This document shows, piece after piece, positions 47,536 through 56,940 of a DNA stretch of 64,000 nucleotides. Source of the DNA: an uncultured bacterium (GTDB taxonomy: Bacteria > Omnitrophota > Omnitrophia > Omnitrophales > Aquincolibacteriaceae); contig CAYLPP010000009.1 in the NCBI GenBank assembly GCA_964385615.1, positions 3,854 to 67,853 of the forward strand, given 5' to 3'. Under the pieces are notes generated by a model, which ran no database searches, was not told the DNA's origin, and worked only from the letters and a program-made list of their open reading frames with translations. Each line of letters starts with the position of its first letter. Position 1 is the stretch's first letter. Both the position numbers and the translations under genes were made by a program.

Positions 47536-49779
47536 TTGGTATGGTGGTATCACTTTCGCAACCGGCCTTCATCTTTAGGGATTCTGGCAGTGATTGAAAT
47601 TGAAAGAACACTCAGAAAAATCGTTTCGAATTTCTGGTTCGAATGGAATTCCGATGTCCATCTTCTCTTCCGGAGTATTAATCTCTATTCCTGGAGTCTT
47701 TTCCGCCGTAACCTCTACCGTTTCCTGAAAATTCAGGATGAAAATCCGCTGGAATACCGCCGCCGTCTGGCTGAGCTTTTGACCGACCCTGATTTCCTTA
47801 ATCTGGTCCGCAAAGTTGAAACGGATTTTAAATCCTATATGCAGCCTTCGGAGACTCCCGTCAGCCGGCGCTTTCCTGAGCTGAAGGACCAGCAGGTGGC
47901 TTATTTTTCGATGGAGTACGGGATTGATATTCTCAAAATTTATTCCGGTGGCTTGGGAATTCTCTCCGGCGACCATTTGCGGGGCGCCAGCGATATGGGG
48001 CTGAAGATGACAGGTGTCGGGCTTTTTTACCTGCACGGCTATTATGAGCAGAGGGTGAAGCGCGGCGGTGTGATGAAGGTTGTGTACGACCCCATCGTTC
48101 TTCCGACAAAACGGGTCCGTGATGTTCTGCCGTTGGAACCCGCGAAAAAGGCGGGAACTTCCGAAGATCTTTTCGTGAAGGTTAATATGCCGGGGCGCGA
48201 GGTTCTGCTTCGAGTGTGGCGCGCGAAAATCGGCCGGGTCGATCTTTTGCTTTTGGATTCCAACCTGCGGGAAAACCGCGTGCATGACCGGCATATCACG
48301 CGCCGTCTCTATGCGTCGCAGAAATATTACGAAGAAGAGCGTAAGCGCCGTCTTGAGCAGGAAATTATTCTCGGAATCGGCGGAGTCAAAGCGTTGGAAG
48401 GCGCCGGCATTACGGATCCGGTTTATCATTTAAATGAAGGCCACGTTGCTTTTGCCGCTTTTGAAATTCTCCGCAAGATGATGCAGAAACAGAATCTTAC
48501 TTTCCTGGAAGCTCAAAAGAGACTGGCAGGCATTATCGGGTTCACCACGCATACGCCGGTTCCCGAAGGTAACGAGCGCTTTGACGAAAAGCTTGTCCGC
48601 CATTATCTCCAGCCTTATCTGGATGAATTTTTACGGCCTGACGAGCGCGAAACTCTTTTTAATTGCGCGAGAAACCGGGAAGACCAGTTTGATATGACCA
48701 AGCTTTCCATGATGTTGTCGGGCTACCGCAACGGTGTTTCCGCGCTTCACGGCGAGGTTTGCCGTAAAATGTGGGGATATGCCTGGAATAATTTTGACCC
48801 CGAAGGTAAAGGTGTCGCGATCGATTCGATTACGAACTCCGTTCACGTTCCTTATTGGCAGAAGCCCGTGCTTCGAAGCCTGATTGAAAAATCCGGCGGA
48901 GTTGAAAAGGTTATGGAAATTCCGGATGAGGAAATTTGGAAGCTTCATCTGGAGTTTAAGGTAAAGCTGATTGCCAAGGTCCGTGAGAGGGTGGCTCTTC
49001 AGCTTCTTCATGAAGAGGCTTCGCCGGAAGAAATTTTGGACCGGGCGCAAAACCTTTTGGATGTGGATTCATTTATTATCGGTTTTGCGCGGCGCTTCGC
49101 GGATTACAAGCGGGTCACGATGTTGGTGGATGATGAAGAAAGGCTTTTCACCTTTCTTGAAAATGTTTACAAAAAATATAAAAAACCGGTTCATATTTTA
49201 TACGCGGGAAAACCTCACCCCAATAATGCTTCAGGCCGTGACCGCATACGGCAAATTGCCGAAACTTCTGCCCGTCTTCAGCAGCGTGCTCAGGAAAGAG
49301 GTTTCCGGGGTCAACTGTGGTTTATTGAAGGCTACGACATTGATTTGGCCCGGTACCTGGAAGCCGGGGTAGATATCTGGCTCAACAACCCTGTGCGCCC
49401 GCAGGAAGCCAGCGGTACCAGCGGAATGAAAGCGGGTATGAACGGCGTGCTCAATGTTTCCATTTCTGACGGCTGGGTGCCGGAAGGGATTGTTCAGGGA
49501 GAGAACGGATGGATGTTCGGCCAGGGGCATTATGAAGCGACGAATTCTGACAGGGACGAGCTTTTCCAGCTTCTGGAAAAAACGATTCTTCCTATTTATT
49601 TCGAACGCGCCAAGCCGGGAGACGCTTTTTCAAGCCGGTGGGTGACCATGATGAAGAAATCCATTCAGTCCATGACCCGTCAATTTAATACAGACCGCAT
49701 GCTTACGGAGTACATTGAAAAAATGTATCTGCCGCTCGCGCGTACAAACCAGAAATTTCAAAGCGTTCAGCATTCCTGA
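47536..49779 (+). CDS. glgP: Alpha-glucan (glycogen) phosphorylase, GT35 family
   Basis: FSMEYGIDILKIYSGGLGILSGDHLRGASDMG and PLP-lysine region EASGTSGMKAGMNG. The true start may be the GTG at 47590. Confidence 0.85.
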   Translation: MVWWYHFRNRPSSLGILAVIEIERTLRKIVSNFWFEWNSDVHLLFRSINLYSWSLFRRNLYRFLKIQDENPLEYRRRLAELLTDPDFLNLVRKVETDFKSYMQPSETPVSRRFPELKDQQVAYFSMEYGIDILKIYSGGLGILSGDHLRGASDMGLKMTGVGLFYLHGYYEQRVKRGGVMKVVYDPIVLPTKRVRDVLPLEPAKKAGTSEDLFVKVNMPGREVLLRVWRAKIGRVDLLLLDSNLRENRVHDRHITRRLYASQKYYEEERKRRLEQEIILGIGGVKALEGAGITDPVYHLNEGHVAFAAFEILRKMMQKQNLTFLEAQKRLAGIIGFTTHTPVPEGNERFDEKLVRHYLQPYLDEFLRPDERETLFNCARNREDQFDMTKLSMMLSGYRNGVSALHGEVCRKMWGYAWNNFDPEGKGVAIDSITNSVHVPYWQKPVLRSLIEKSGGVEKVMEIPDEEIWKLHLEFKVKLIAKVRERVALQLLHEEASPEEILDRAQNLLDVDSFIIGFARRFADYKRVTMLVDDEERLFTFLENVYKKYKKPVHILYAGKPHPNNASGRDRIRQIAETSARLQQRAQERGFRGQLWFIEGYDIDLARYLEAGVDIWLNNPVRPQEASGTSGMKAGMNGVLNVSISDGWVPEGIVQGENGWMFGQGHYEATNSDRDELFQLLEKTILPIYFERAKPGDAFSSRWVTMMKKSIQSMTRQFNTDRMLTEYIEKMYLPLARTNQKFQSVQHS

Positions 49780-49798
49780 CCCGGAGGAAAAAGAGAGG

Positions 49799-52618
49799 AT
49801 GAGTCCCATGATGCAGTCCCTTCCCACAGTCGATCTTTTTGAAGCAGGCCAGAGCCCATGGCTTGATTTTATCAGCCGCGAAATCCTGAACAGCGGAGAG
49901 CTTCGGAATTTGATTGAGGAAAAGGGGTTGAAGGGCGTGACATCCAATCCCTCTATTTTTGAAAAAGCCATGAGCCAGGCTGACGGCGGTTATGACGCGG
50001 ACATTAAGCGTCTTTCCGCGAAAGGCCTCTCCGCTTTTAAAATTTACGATACTCTGGCGATCGCTGACATTCAGCGCGCTTGTGACCTGTTTCTGCCGGT
50101 TTTTGAAGAAACTCAGGGGCAGCATGGGTTTGTCAGTCTTGAAGTGGAGCCGGGGCTGGCCCGCAAGACGGAAGAGACTTTAAAAGAAGCCCGCCGGCTT
50201 TTTAAAGCGGTCAACCGCCCGAACGTGATGATCAAGATTCCGGCGACCGCGGAAGGTATTCCTGCCATTGAAGCCGCTATTTCTGAAGGCATTAACGTGA
50301 ATATTACTCTGATGTTCACGCTCCGCCATTATCAGGAAGTCGCGTTTGCCTACATTCGCGGGCTGAAGAAACTGCGCGCGAAAAAAGGCGATTTGAAGAA
50401 GGTTCATTCCGTTGCCAGTGTTTTTGTCAGCCGGATTGATACCTTGGTAGATAAAAAACTTGAAGCGCTCGCGCAGGGAGACCGTGAAATCCTTGAGCTC
50501 CGCGGTAAAGCCGCGGTGGCCAACTCCAAATTGATTTACCAGGAATTTCTGCGGATTTTTGAGTCTTATGAATTTGAATCGCTCAAAATGGCGGGTGCCA
50601 ATGTCCAGCCTGTTCTATGGGGAAGTACCAGCACCAAGAACCCCACGTATTGCGATTTGATCTATGTCCAGCCTCTGGTTGGGCGTTACACCGTGAACAC
50701 CATGCCGCAAAATACTCTCGAAGCGCTTTTGGATCATGGGCGCGTCCGCCCCGGTACGGTTGAAGAAGGTGTTGAAGAAGCGCGCCGTTTGACCGGGAAA
50801 CTTAAAGCGCTGGGTCTGGATCTCGCGGAGATTGGTGAGAAACTTCAAAAAGACGGGGTTCAGCAATTCGCGGACGCCTTTGACGGTCTGCTGAAAGTCA
50901 TTGAGCTTAAAAAAATGCAGACGGCGCTCAGCACCCGCGCCAGCTACGGTTCTTTTTCTTACAGCGTTCCCGCCGGAGTGGAACAAGCTTTCTGGCAGAA
51001 AGCCGCTGAATTGCAGAAGAAAAATTTTCTTCCCAGACTTCTTCAAAAAGACGCTTCCATCTGGAAAAATGATCCCGCGCATAAAGCTGTGATTGATAAC
51101 CGGCTGGGCTGGCTTCGCGCTCATGAATGGATTTGCGGGAAGCTTCACGAAATTGATTCTCTCGCTTCTGAAGTTAAAAAAGAAGGCGTGCGGAATCTGG
51201 TACTGCTGGGAATGGGCGGTTCAAGTCTGGCTCCGGAAGTGATGAGCCTCATTTGCGGCGGAAAATCCGCGGGCGCCCCGGCTTTTTATATGCTGGACAC
51301 TACCGACCCGGATTCGATCCTGAAGGTTGAAAAGAAAATCAGTCTGAAATCGACTCTGTTTATTGTGGCCAGTAAGTCAGGCGGAACGGTTGAAACCGCG
51401 TCGCAGTACCGGTATTTCTATGACCGGGTAGCCAAAGCCTACGGTTCGCAGGGAAGCGCGGAAGAAATTGGCCGTCACTTTGTTGCCATTACCGATTCAG
51501 GCAGTGGTTTGCAGAAGAACGCGGAAGAGAAGAAGTTCCGGAAAATTTTTATTAACCCCACGGACATCGGCGGGCGTTATTCAGCGCTGTCTTTTTTTGG
51601 TCTGGTGCCCGCGGCTCTGATCGGGATTAATATCCGCGCGATTCTTAAATCCGCCAATGATTTATTTACGGCTTTCGCGAATGAACGTGATTTGCACCGC
51701 AATCCTGCTGTTGCCCCCGGAATCTTAATGGCGGTGCTGGCTAAGGCGGGAATGGATAAACTGACGCTGGCCGGCGATCCCAAATTAGGTTCTTTCGGTG
51801 CCTGGCTGGAACAGTTAATCGCGGAAAGTACCGGTAAGGAAGGCAAGGGAGTTATTCCGGTTGATACCGAGATTCTAAGCAATCCTGAGACCTACGGTAA
51901 AGACCGCGCGTTTCTGTTTTTGGGTTCCGCACCGGAGCTTCAAGGGTTTAAGAAATCCGGGCTTCCTGTTTTGAAAATGGATTGGCCCGTTCCTTCGTCG
52001 ATTGGCGCGGAATTTTTGCGCTGGGAAATCGCGACGGCGGTCGCGGGAGCGGTTCTGGGAATCAATCCTTTCGATGAGCCGAATGTTAAGGAAAGTAAAG
52101 ACGCCACCGCTCGTTTTCTGGAACAGTTGAAGAAAACAGGAAAACTGACCGCTGCCGCTTCAGCCCCTGAAAAAGCCAACCTCAAAGGGTTTTTGGAAAA
52201 ACTTCCCCAAAAAGGCTACATCGTGCTTCTGCCTTATACGGAAAGGTCGGCCGCCGTTCAGAAAGCGTTTGATAAAATCAGAAGCGTGACGGCTGAAAAG
52301 CTTCAATGCCCGGTGCTTTTGGGATTCGGCCCTCGATATCTTCATTCGATCGGACAGCTTTATAAAGGCGGACCCAAAACCGGTATTTTTATTGAATTTT
52401 TTAATTCTTCAAAGGCGGACCGGAAGGTTCCCGGAGAGTTTTACACTTTCGCGGAACTGAAAAAAGCCCAGGCTCTTGGAGACCGCAAAGCCCTTGAAAA
52501 TAAGGGGTTGCCGGTGCTTTGCGTGGATTTAGGATCCAATATTCTGCCGGCAATCAAGGTTTTCGAACAGCGGGTGCTCAGACTCCTTGAGAATGCTTCA
52601 GAAAAAAGAAAAAAATAA
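49799..52618 (+). CDS. Bifunctional transaldolase / glucose-6-phosphate isomerase
   Basis: N-terminal transaldolase (SPWLDFISRE...VTSNPSIFEKA, IKIPAT) and C-terminal PGI (LVLLGMGGSSLAPEV, VASKSGGTVET). Start at the ATG at 49799 with an AGGAAAAAGAGAGG RBS. Confidence 0.85.
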   Translation: MSPMMQSLPTVDLFEAGQSPWLDFISREILNSGELRNLIEEKGLKGVTSNPSIFEKAMSQADGGYDADIKRLSAKGLSAFKIYDTLAIADIQRACDLFLPVFEETQGQHGFVSLEVEPGLARKTEETLKEARRLFKAVNRPNVMIKIPATAEGIPAIEAAISEGINVNITLMFTLRHYQEVAFAYIRGLKKLRAKKGDLKKVHSVASVFVSRIDTLVDKKLEALAQGDREILELRGKAAVANSKLIYQEFLRIFESYEFESLKMAGANVQPVLWGSTSTKNPTYCDLIYVQPLVGRYTVNTMPQNTLEALLDHGRVRPGTVEEGVEEARRLTGKLKALGLDLAEIGEKLQKDGVQQFADAFDGLLKVIELKKMQTALSTRASYGSFSYSVPAGVEQAFWQKAAELQKKNFLPRLLQKDASIWKNDPAHKAVIDNRLGWLRAHEWICGKLHEIDSLASEVKKEGVRNLVLLGMGGSSLAPEVMSLICGGKSAGAPAFYMLDTTDPDSILKVEKKISLKSTLFIVASKSGGTVETASQYRYFYDRVAKAYGSQGSAEEIGRHFVAITDSGSGLQKNAEEKKFRKIFINPTDIGGRYSALSFFGLVPAALIGINIRAILKSANDLFTAFANERDLHRNPAVAPGILMAVLAKAGMDKLTLAGDPKLGSFGAWLEQLIAESTGKEGKGVIPVDTEILSNPETYGKDRAFLFLGSAPELQGFKKSGLPVLKMDWPVPSSIGAEFLRWEIATAVAGAVLGINPFDEPNVKESKDATARFLEQLKKTGKLTAAASAPEKANLKGFLEKLPQKGYIVLLPYTERSAAVQKAFDKIRSVTAEKLQCPVLLGFGPRYLHSIGQLYKGGPKTGIFIEFFNSSKADRKVPGEFYTFAELKKAQALGDRKALENKGLPVLCVDLGSNILPAIKVFEQRVLRLLENASEKRKK

Positions 52619-53303
52619 TCTTCGCCCTCTCCTGATTCTTCTCTCGGCCGGCCTTTTTTTGTTTACGGCCTCAGCCGTTGGGCAGGCTTTTTGGGGAATC
52701 GCCGAAAAAGTTGAAACCCGGGGGAGTGAAAGCGGTTCTTACCGGGTTTATTACGCTCAGACCGGTGATTTGGAAGAGAAGCCGGAAGTCGGTTTTGGAA
52801 AGTTCCGCAGACTTGATTATAAAGTAGTCTACGAAGGCGATTGGAAAGCCAATGCCAGCCGGGTTTTTAAAGTTTCGTTTCTCGATGCTGAAGGCTATGA
52901 AGTTTTAGGGGAAACCCGGCCAGATAGTGATCTCAGTCCGCGCGGAGAATATTACGGTTCCCTCTGGATTAAAGATGGCCAGTGGAAAAAAATAAAGTCG
53001 GTCCGGGTTAAAGAGCTTTTTCCTTGGAGGAAAAAGAGAAAAAAGAAGAATAAAAACCTTGCGGCTCAATCGGAATCGGAGGAGGTCTCAAACCAGGAGG
53101 AACCTCCGAAGGACAATAAGCCCAAAGGTCTTTTTAATTTTGGGAAGACTGTTTATACCGATGAAATGATCCGCAAAGAGCTCGAAAAAAGAAAAGTTGC
53201 GTTACAGCCTGCCGATGGTGAGGCCGGAACGGAGCCGGAAGAGAAGCCTGATGAAGAAGAAGTTCAGGCTGAGGTTACGGATACTGAAATTGAAGAAGCC
53301 TAA
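52593..53303 (+). CDS. Hypothetical secreted protein with Lys/Glu-rich C-terminus
   Basis: Signal peptide LLILLSAGLFLFTASAVGQA. No recognisable domain. Confidence 0.4.
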   Translation: MLQKKEKNNLRPLLILLSAGLFLFTASAVGQAFWGIAEKVETRGSESGSYRVYYAQTGDLEEKPEVGFGKFRRLDYKVVYEGDWKANASRVFKVSFLDAEGYEVLGETRPDSDLSPRGEYYGSLWIKDGQWKKIKSVRVKELFPWRKKRKKKNKNLAAQSESEEVSNQEEPPKDNKPKGLFNFGKTVYTDEMIRKELEKRKVALQPADGEAGTEPEEKPDEEEVQAEVTDTEIEEA

Positions 53304-53350
53304 AGTAAATTCACTTTTGGGCGTAAAATTACAACCATGGAGCGCGTCTA

Positions 53351-54133
53351 GTGCCTAGAAATTCTATGATTCGATTGGAGTGGATCTTTTTGGGAGTATT
53401 TGCCGGAGTCCTGGTTTCGGGATGTGCTGGTCCTTCCAAGACGATGCCAAGCTCTGGGATGGGCCCCATGACTTCCGTCACGGCTTCAACCGGCTTCGCG
53501 GGGGTTCCCCGCGATATGTACCACGTTGTCGGCCCCTCTGAAACACTCTGGCGTATCGCTAAAACTTACGATGTCGACATGGACACGCTTTTGCACGCCA
53601 ACCGTTTGGATGATCCGACCAAGATTAAAAAGGGGATGAAGCTTCTCATTCCCAACACGCTGGGCCCCCGCCCTGTCATTCCGCTTTATCCGGCCAGCCG
53701 GTGGAAGTATATCGTTATCCACCACACGGCTACGGAAGAGGGAGATGCTTTTACTATCGATCAGCTTCATCACAAACGCGGGTTCTGGAACGGTTTGGGA
53801 TACCATTTTCTTATTGATAACGGAACCGAAGGGAAAACGGACGGTCAGATTCAGGTGGGACCCCGGTGGATCAAACAGCAAGATGGCGCTCATGCGAACG
53901 CCGCGGGGATGAATGAGAAGGGGATCGGGATCGTCATTGTAGGGAATTTCAGTCAGACGCGCGTTACGGAGCGTGAACTCGACAGCTTGGCTTTTCTTGT
54001 TAAAACACTCATGAGTTACTATAAAATTCCCGCTTCAAACGTTATCCGCCATCGGGATGTTCCGGGGAAGAACACAGAGTGCCCGGGCAATCTCTTTCCC
54101 TGGACGGAATTTAAACACCGCCTCAACAGTTAA
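53351..54133 (+). CDS. LysM-domain N-acetylmuramoyl-L-alanine amidase (Amidase_2 / PGRP fold)
   Basis: LysM (YHVVGPSETLWRIAKTYDVDMDTLLHANRL) followed by the amidase_2 core (IVIHHTAT...GYHFLIDNG...HRDV...CPG). Confidence 0.8.
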   Translation: MPRNSMIRLEWIFLGVFAGVLVSGCAGPSKTMPSSGMGPMTSVTASTGFAGVPRDMYHVVGPSETLWRIAKTYDVDMDTLLHANRLDDPTKIKKGMKLLIPNTLGPRPVIPLYPASRWKYIVIHHTATEEGDAFTIDQLHHKRGFWNGLGYHFLIDNGTEGKTDGQIQVGPRWIKQQDGAHANAAGMNEKGIGIVIVGNFSQTRVTERELDSLAFLVKTLMSYYKIPASNVIRHRDVPGKNTECPGNLFPWTEFKHRLNS

Positions 54134-54134
54134 T

Positions 54135-55193
54135 TTATTCCTTCGATAAAATAATTTTGTAAAATTTAACGCCTGGGTTTGGCGCCGTGACGCGGAGAAG
54201 GTGCGGCCCTTGGTTGAGTGTGTTTAAAACATCATAAAGGGAATCAAAGCGAACTAAGACATAAGTTTTTCCTGCCTGACGGATTAAATCTCTTCCCCTG
54301 AGTTTCTTGTCGCCGACCGGCTGCCCATCCACGGTGATTTCAAGCGGAACAGGTGTTTCGCGGTCGACGCCTGCCAAAAGGCTGAGCGGCTGACCATTCC
54401 AATAGAATTCCAGAGACTCGCCTCCGTTCACATTCGTCGCGTAATCTTCCGCGAATTTCCATTTTCCACTCAGATAGAAATAGCCTTCTTTCTTTTCATC
54501 CGGCACTTTGAAGGTTTTTGGAATTTCCGCCAGGACCTGCTGAACGGGGTTTCCCAGGCGGAGAATTTGCTTATAACCCAGTGTTACGATTTCAAGTTGA
54601 GGAAGGCGGAGTTGAGGGTATTTTTCAATCGCTTCCGCGAGTTCCGGTTCGACTTCTTTTAAGATAAACCTCAGTTTTTGCTCTTGTTCCGGGAAAGTTT
54701 CTGATTCCGGCGGGGCGTATCGGATCCGGCCTCGCTTCCCGATGAAATAAACCCAGACCCCTTCAGGCGGATTATACGCTCTGAAAGTGAGGCCCTCACG
54801 GTCTTCACCAACGGGAAAAAGAAGCTTTAGTTTTCGGAATTTTTGTTTAAAAGCGACCAGGTCCTTTTCGAATTCATATTCGGGAGTAATCAGGGCAACA
54901 ACGCGTACACCGTCGGCGAAATACTTTTTATGCCACTCCGTCAGGATTTTAAATTTGAGCCAGGTTCTGGGGTCCGAGGGGCGGATAAAGGCCAAAATCG
55001 TCGTGTATCCGGTCAGTGAATCCCGGGTTGGGGGAGTTCCCCTCCAGTTCTCGATCCCCAGAAATTCCGCCATGCTTTCCCGGGTGTGAAGGGCGGTGTA
55101 CCCGGGCGAGGGTGTCAGGAGTACGGACAAAATAGCGAAGGCTGAAAATATTTTTTTCATTTTTTTATATTCGGCTAACCGGGGCTGATCCAT
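54135..55193 (-). CDS. Hypothetical secreted protein
   Basis: 352-aa ORF. The internal Met at 55160 gives a classical signal peptide (MKKIFSAFAILSVLLTPSPGYTA). No recognisable catalytic motif. Confidence 0.5.
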   Translation of the reverse strand: MDQPRLAEYKKMKKIFSAFAILSVLLTPSPGYTALHTRESMAEFLGIENWRGTPPTRDSLTGYTTILAFIRPSDPRTWLKFKILTEWHKKYFADGVRVVALITPEYEFEKDLVAFKQKFRKLKLLFPVGEDREGLTFRAYNPPEGVWVYFIGKRGRIRYAPPESETFPEQEQKLRFILKEVEPELAEAIEKYPQLRLPQLEIVTLGYKQILRLGNPVQQVLAEIPKTFKVPDEKKEGYFYLSGKWKFAEDYATNVNGGESLEFYWNGQPLSLLAGVDRETPVPLEITVDGQPVGDKKLRGRDLIRQAGKTYVLVRFDSLYDVLNTLNQGPHLLRVTAPNPGVKFYKIILSKE

Positions 55194-55235
55194 AGACTTA
55201 CGCTATCGAGGAAGCCTGTTCCCGGGGTTCGTTCA

Positions 55236-55265
55236 GTTGACAGCATTGAAAAACGTGATAAATTA
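55236..55265 (+). promoter_or_regulatory. Candidate sigma70-type promoter (TTGACA ... GATAAAT) in a 340-nt intergenic region
   Basis: TTGACA hexamer followed ~16 nt later by a TAAAT-containing -10-like element. Confidence 0.3.
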
Positions 55266-55474
55266 CCTACTGTTATGACGACACAAACGCTTAAAAACTC
55301 AATGAAGTCCATGAAAAAAGCTGTCTGCCGTATTCCGGCCGGCAAGGACATTCGTCCTATGTCCGCCGCCGTATGGCATGCCGCGCACGCGCTTTTTTAT
55401 TGCCGCGACATGGGCTTGAGGGGGATTTTAACGGTCTCATAACCGAAAATTCTAAACCAGTAACACCCGAAAAG

Positions 55475-55506
55475 CCCATGACTGCAATAGCGGTCATGGG
55501 TTTTTT
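55475..55506 (+). terminator. Strong intrinsic terminator (CCCATGACTG...CGGTCATGGG stem + TTTTTT)
   Basis: 10-bp stem (one mismatch) immediately followed by T6. It lies before the RBS of the next ORF, so it ends a separate upstream transcript. Confidence 0.65.
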
Positions 55507-55535
55507 GCTTTTAAAACCAAAAAGGAGGAAGACAA

Positions 55536-55768
55536 TGCAGTCCAGAACGGAAACAAGAAGGTTCGACAGAGAAAGGCCGGGGTTGTTCAGGGCCAACAGG
55601 GATCCAGTCAAGCTGACCGCCCTGCTGTACCTGAAAGAATGCCTGCTCAGAGAGCAGTACGAGGAATGCGCGGAAATCGTCCAGATTGCCCGGGAATTCG
55701 GGGCTTTGCCGGTAGAGATCCGCAGTGTTCTGGAGAACCCGGGCGGAGCCCTGGGTTTTAAGCGGTGA
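55536..55768 (+). CDS. Hypothetical small protein (77 aa)
   Basis: ATG preceded by an AAAAGGAGGAAG RBS 6 nt upstream. Its stop overlaps the GTG start of the next ORF. No recognised motif. Confidence 0.35.
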
Positions 55769-56280
55769 GCCGGGACCGAATGACTTCCTTTACGTGGAGG
55801 GCCGAAATGCTTAGAATGCCGTCTATGCGAAGCGGAAGTTATTCTGGTCTTGCGCTCGGGGCCTTGATGCTTGCAGGCGCCTGCGTTTGTCTGCACGCGG
55901 ACTTGGAACGTGTGGACGTGCGGGTGCAGTCGATTCGTGTGCAGCCTGGACGTCCCAGCGCGGACCAGCCGATCTCCGTTTACGCGCTGCTGCGTAACGC
56001 GGGAAGCGCGCAAGCTGGGAATATTTATATCACCGTGGAAATTCGCCGGGGAGAAGAGGTTGTCCGGAAAATTTCGGATATTCCCGTGCTTTCGGAGCTT
56101 CCGCGTTCCGGCATTGGTCTGTCAGTGCCGTTATCGGTTGGACAGCTTCCTGAAGGGGATTACAGGATTCGGGTCTGGGTAACGCCGTCTGAAGATGAAG
56201 GCGAGAATCGCGGAGCGTCTGTTCATTTACATGTTTTTGAAAAATCCAAAAGTTCGAGTACCGTTTATGGAAGCTATTAA
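55765..56280 (+). CDS. Hypothetical exported protein with CARDB-like beta-sandwich region
   Basis: Hydrophobic N-terminal segment (LALGALMLAGACVC), then DLERVDVRVQSIRVQPGRPSADQPISVYALLRNAGSAQAGNIYITVE resembling CARDB/Ig-like domains. Confidence 0.4.
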   Translation: MSRDRMTSFTWRAEMLRMPSMRSGSYSGLALGALMLAGACVCLHADLERVDVRVQSIRVQPGRPSADQPISVYALLRNAGSAQAGNIYITVEIRRGEEVVRKISDIPVLSELPRSGIGLSVPLSVGQLPEGDYRIRVWVTPSEDEGENRGASVHLHVFEKSKSSSTVYGSY

Positions 56281-56617
56281 AATTTTATCTTTATTCTGCG
56301 CAATTCACATGGTTCTGATTTCTCCGGCATTTTCAGCCGAGGAACAGAATAAAAAATCTTCCACACAGCAAATCGGAGGCCTTCTCTTTGATGTTGATGA
56401 GGGCGTTAAAGTGGAGCAGGGGCCGGGCGGAAGTGTTTACATGAAATCCAACCGGGAATATATGCAGTCAAAATTTAATGAGATTGAAGAACGCTTCAAA
56501 GATTTAGAACAGAGAATCTCTCTTCTTGAAGCCCAAAGCGGTTCACAGGGCGGTAAAACAGTTTCAGAGCCCGCTCCTCCTGCTGATAATTCCGGCCGTA
56601 AGGTGCTTCAGTCGTGA
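56264..56617 (+). CDS. Hypothetical small secreted coiled-coil protein
   Basis: Signal peptide MEAIKILSLFCAIHMVLISPAFSA and a coiled-coil segment. Start chosen at the internal Met. Confidence 0.35.
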   Translation, partial: FMEAIKILSLFCAIHMVLISPAFSAEEQNKKSSTQQIGGLLFDVDEGVKVEQGPGGSVYMKSNREYMQSKFNEIEERFKDLEQRISLLEAQSGSQGGKTVSEPAPPADNSGRKVLQS

Positions 56618-56940
56618 AGCTTACGGATATTCGCCCGGTCGGTGAAACGGAAATCCTGCTTAGCTGGGAAGACGGGCACCGCAGTCTTTATCCTTACCGG
56701 CTTCTGCGTTTTTTATGCCCCTGTGCCGGATGCGTGGATGAACATACAGGCCAGCGCACCATTCGAAAAGAAACGATTGCCGAAACCATCCGCATTTCTG
56801 ATTTTGCGCCGGTAGGACTTTACGGAATCAAGTTCCGCTGGAATGACGGCCATCAAACCGGGATTTACAGTTTTGATTATCTGCGGAAAATCTGTCCATG
56901 TGAAACCTGCAGTTCCGCTATCTTGAAGGAGATTTCATGA
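56614..56940 (+). CDS. DUF971 (gamma-butyrobetaine hydroxylase-like N-terminal domain) protein
   Basis: LSWEDGHRSLYPYRLLRFLCPCAGC ... RWNDGHQTGIYSFDYLRKICPCETC: duplicated CPCxxC halves typical of DUF971. Confidence 0.65.
   Translation: MKLTDIRPVGETEILLSWEDGHRSLYPYRLLRFLCPCAGCVDEHTGQRTIRKETIAETIRISDFAPVGLYGIKFRWNDGHQTGIYSFDYLRKICPCETCSSAILKEIS

Noticed and set aside
55194-55230. GGGGCTGATCC near 55172 resembled the 5' end of tmRNA (GGGGCUGAUUCUGGAUUCGACG)
   Set aside because: It is simply the reverse complement of the start codon region of the minus-strand gene (ATG GAT CAG CCC CGG). No tRNA-like T-arm/acceptor (GGTTCGAnTCC...CCACCA) occurs within 400 nt downstream.
55373-55768. 131-aa ORF in the six-frame track
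   Set aside because: It reads straight through the strong intrinsic terminator hairpin at 55475-55506 and has no RBS. The shorter ORF starting at the ATG at 55536, with an AGGAGG RBS, is the more plausible gene.
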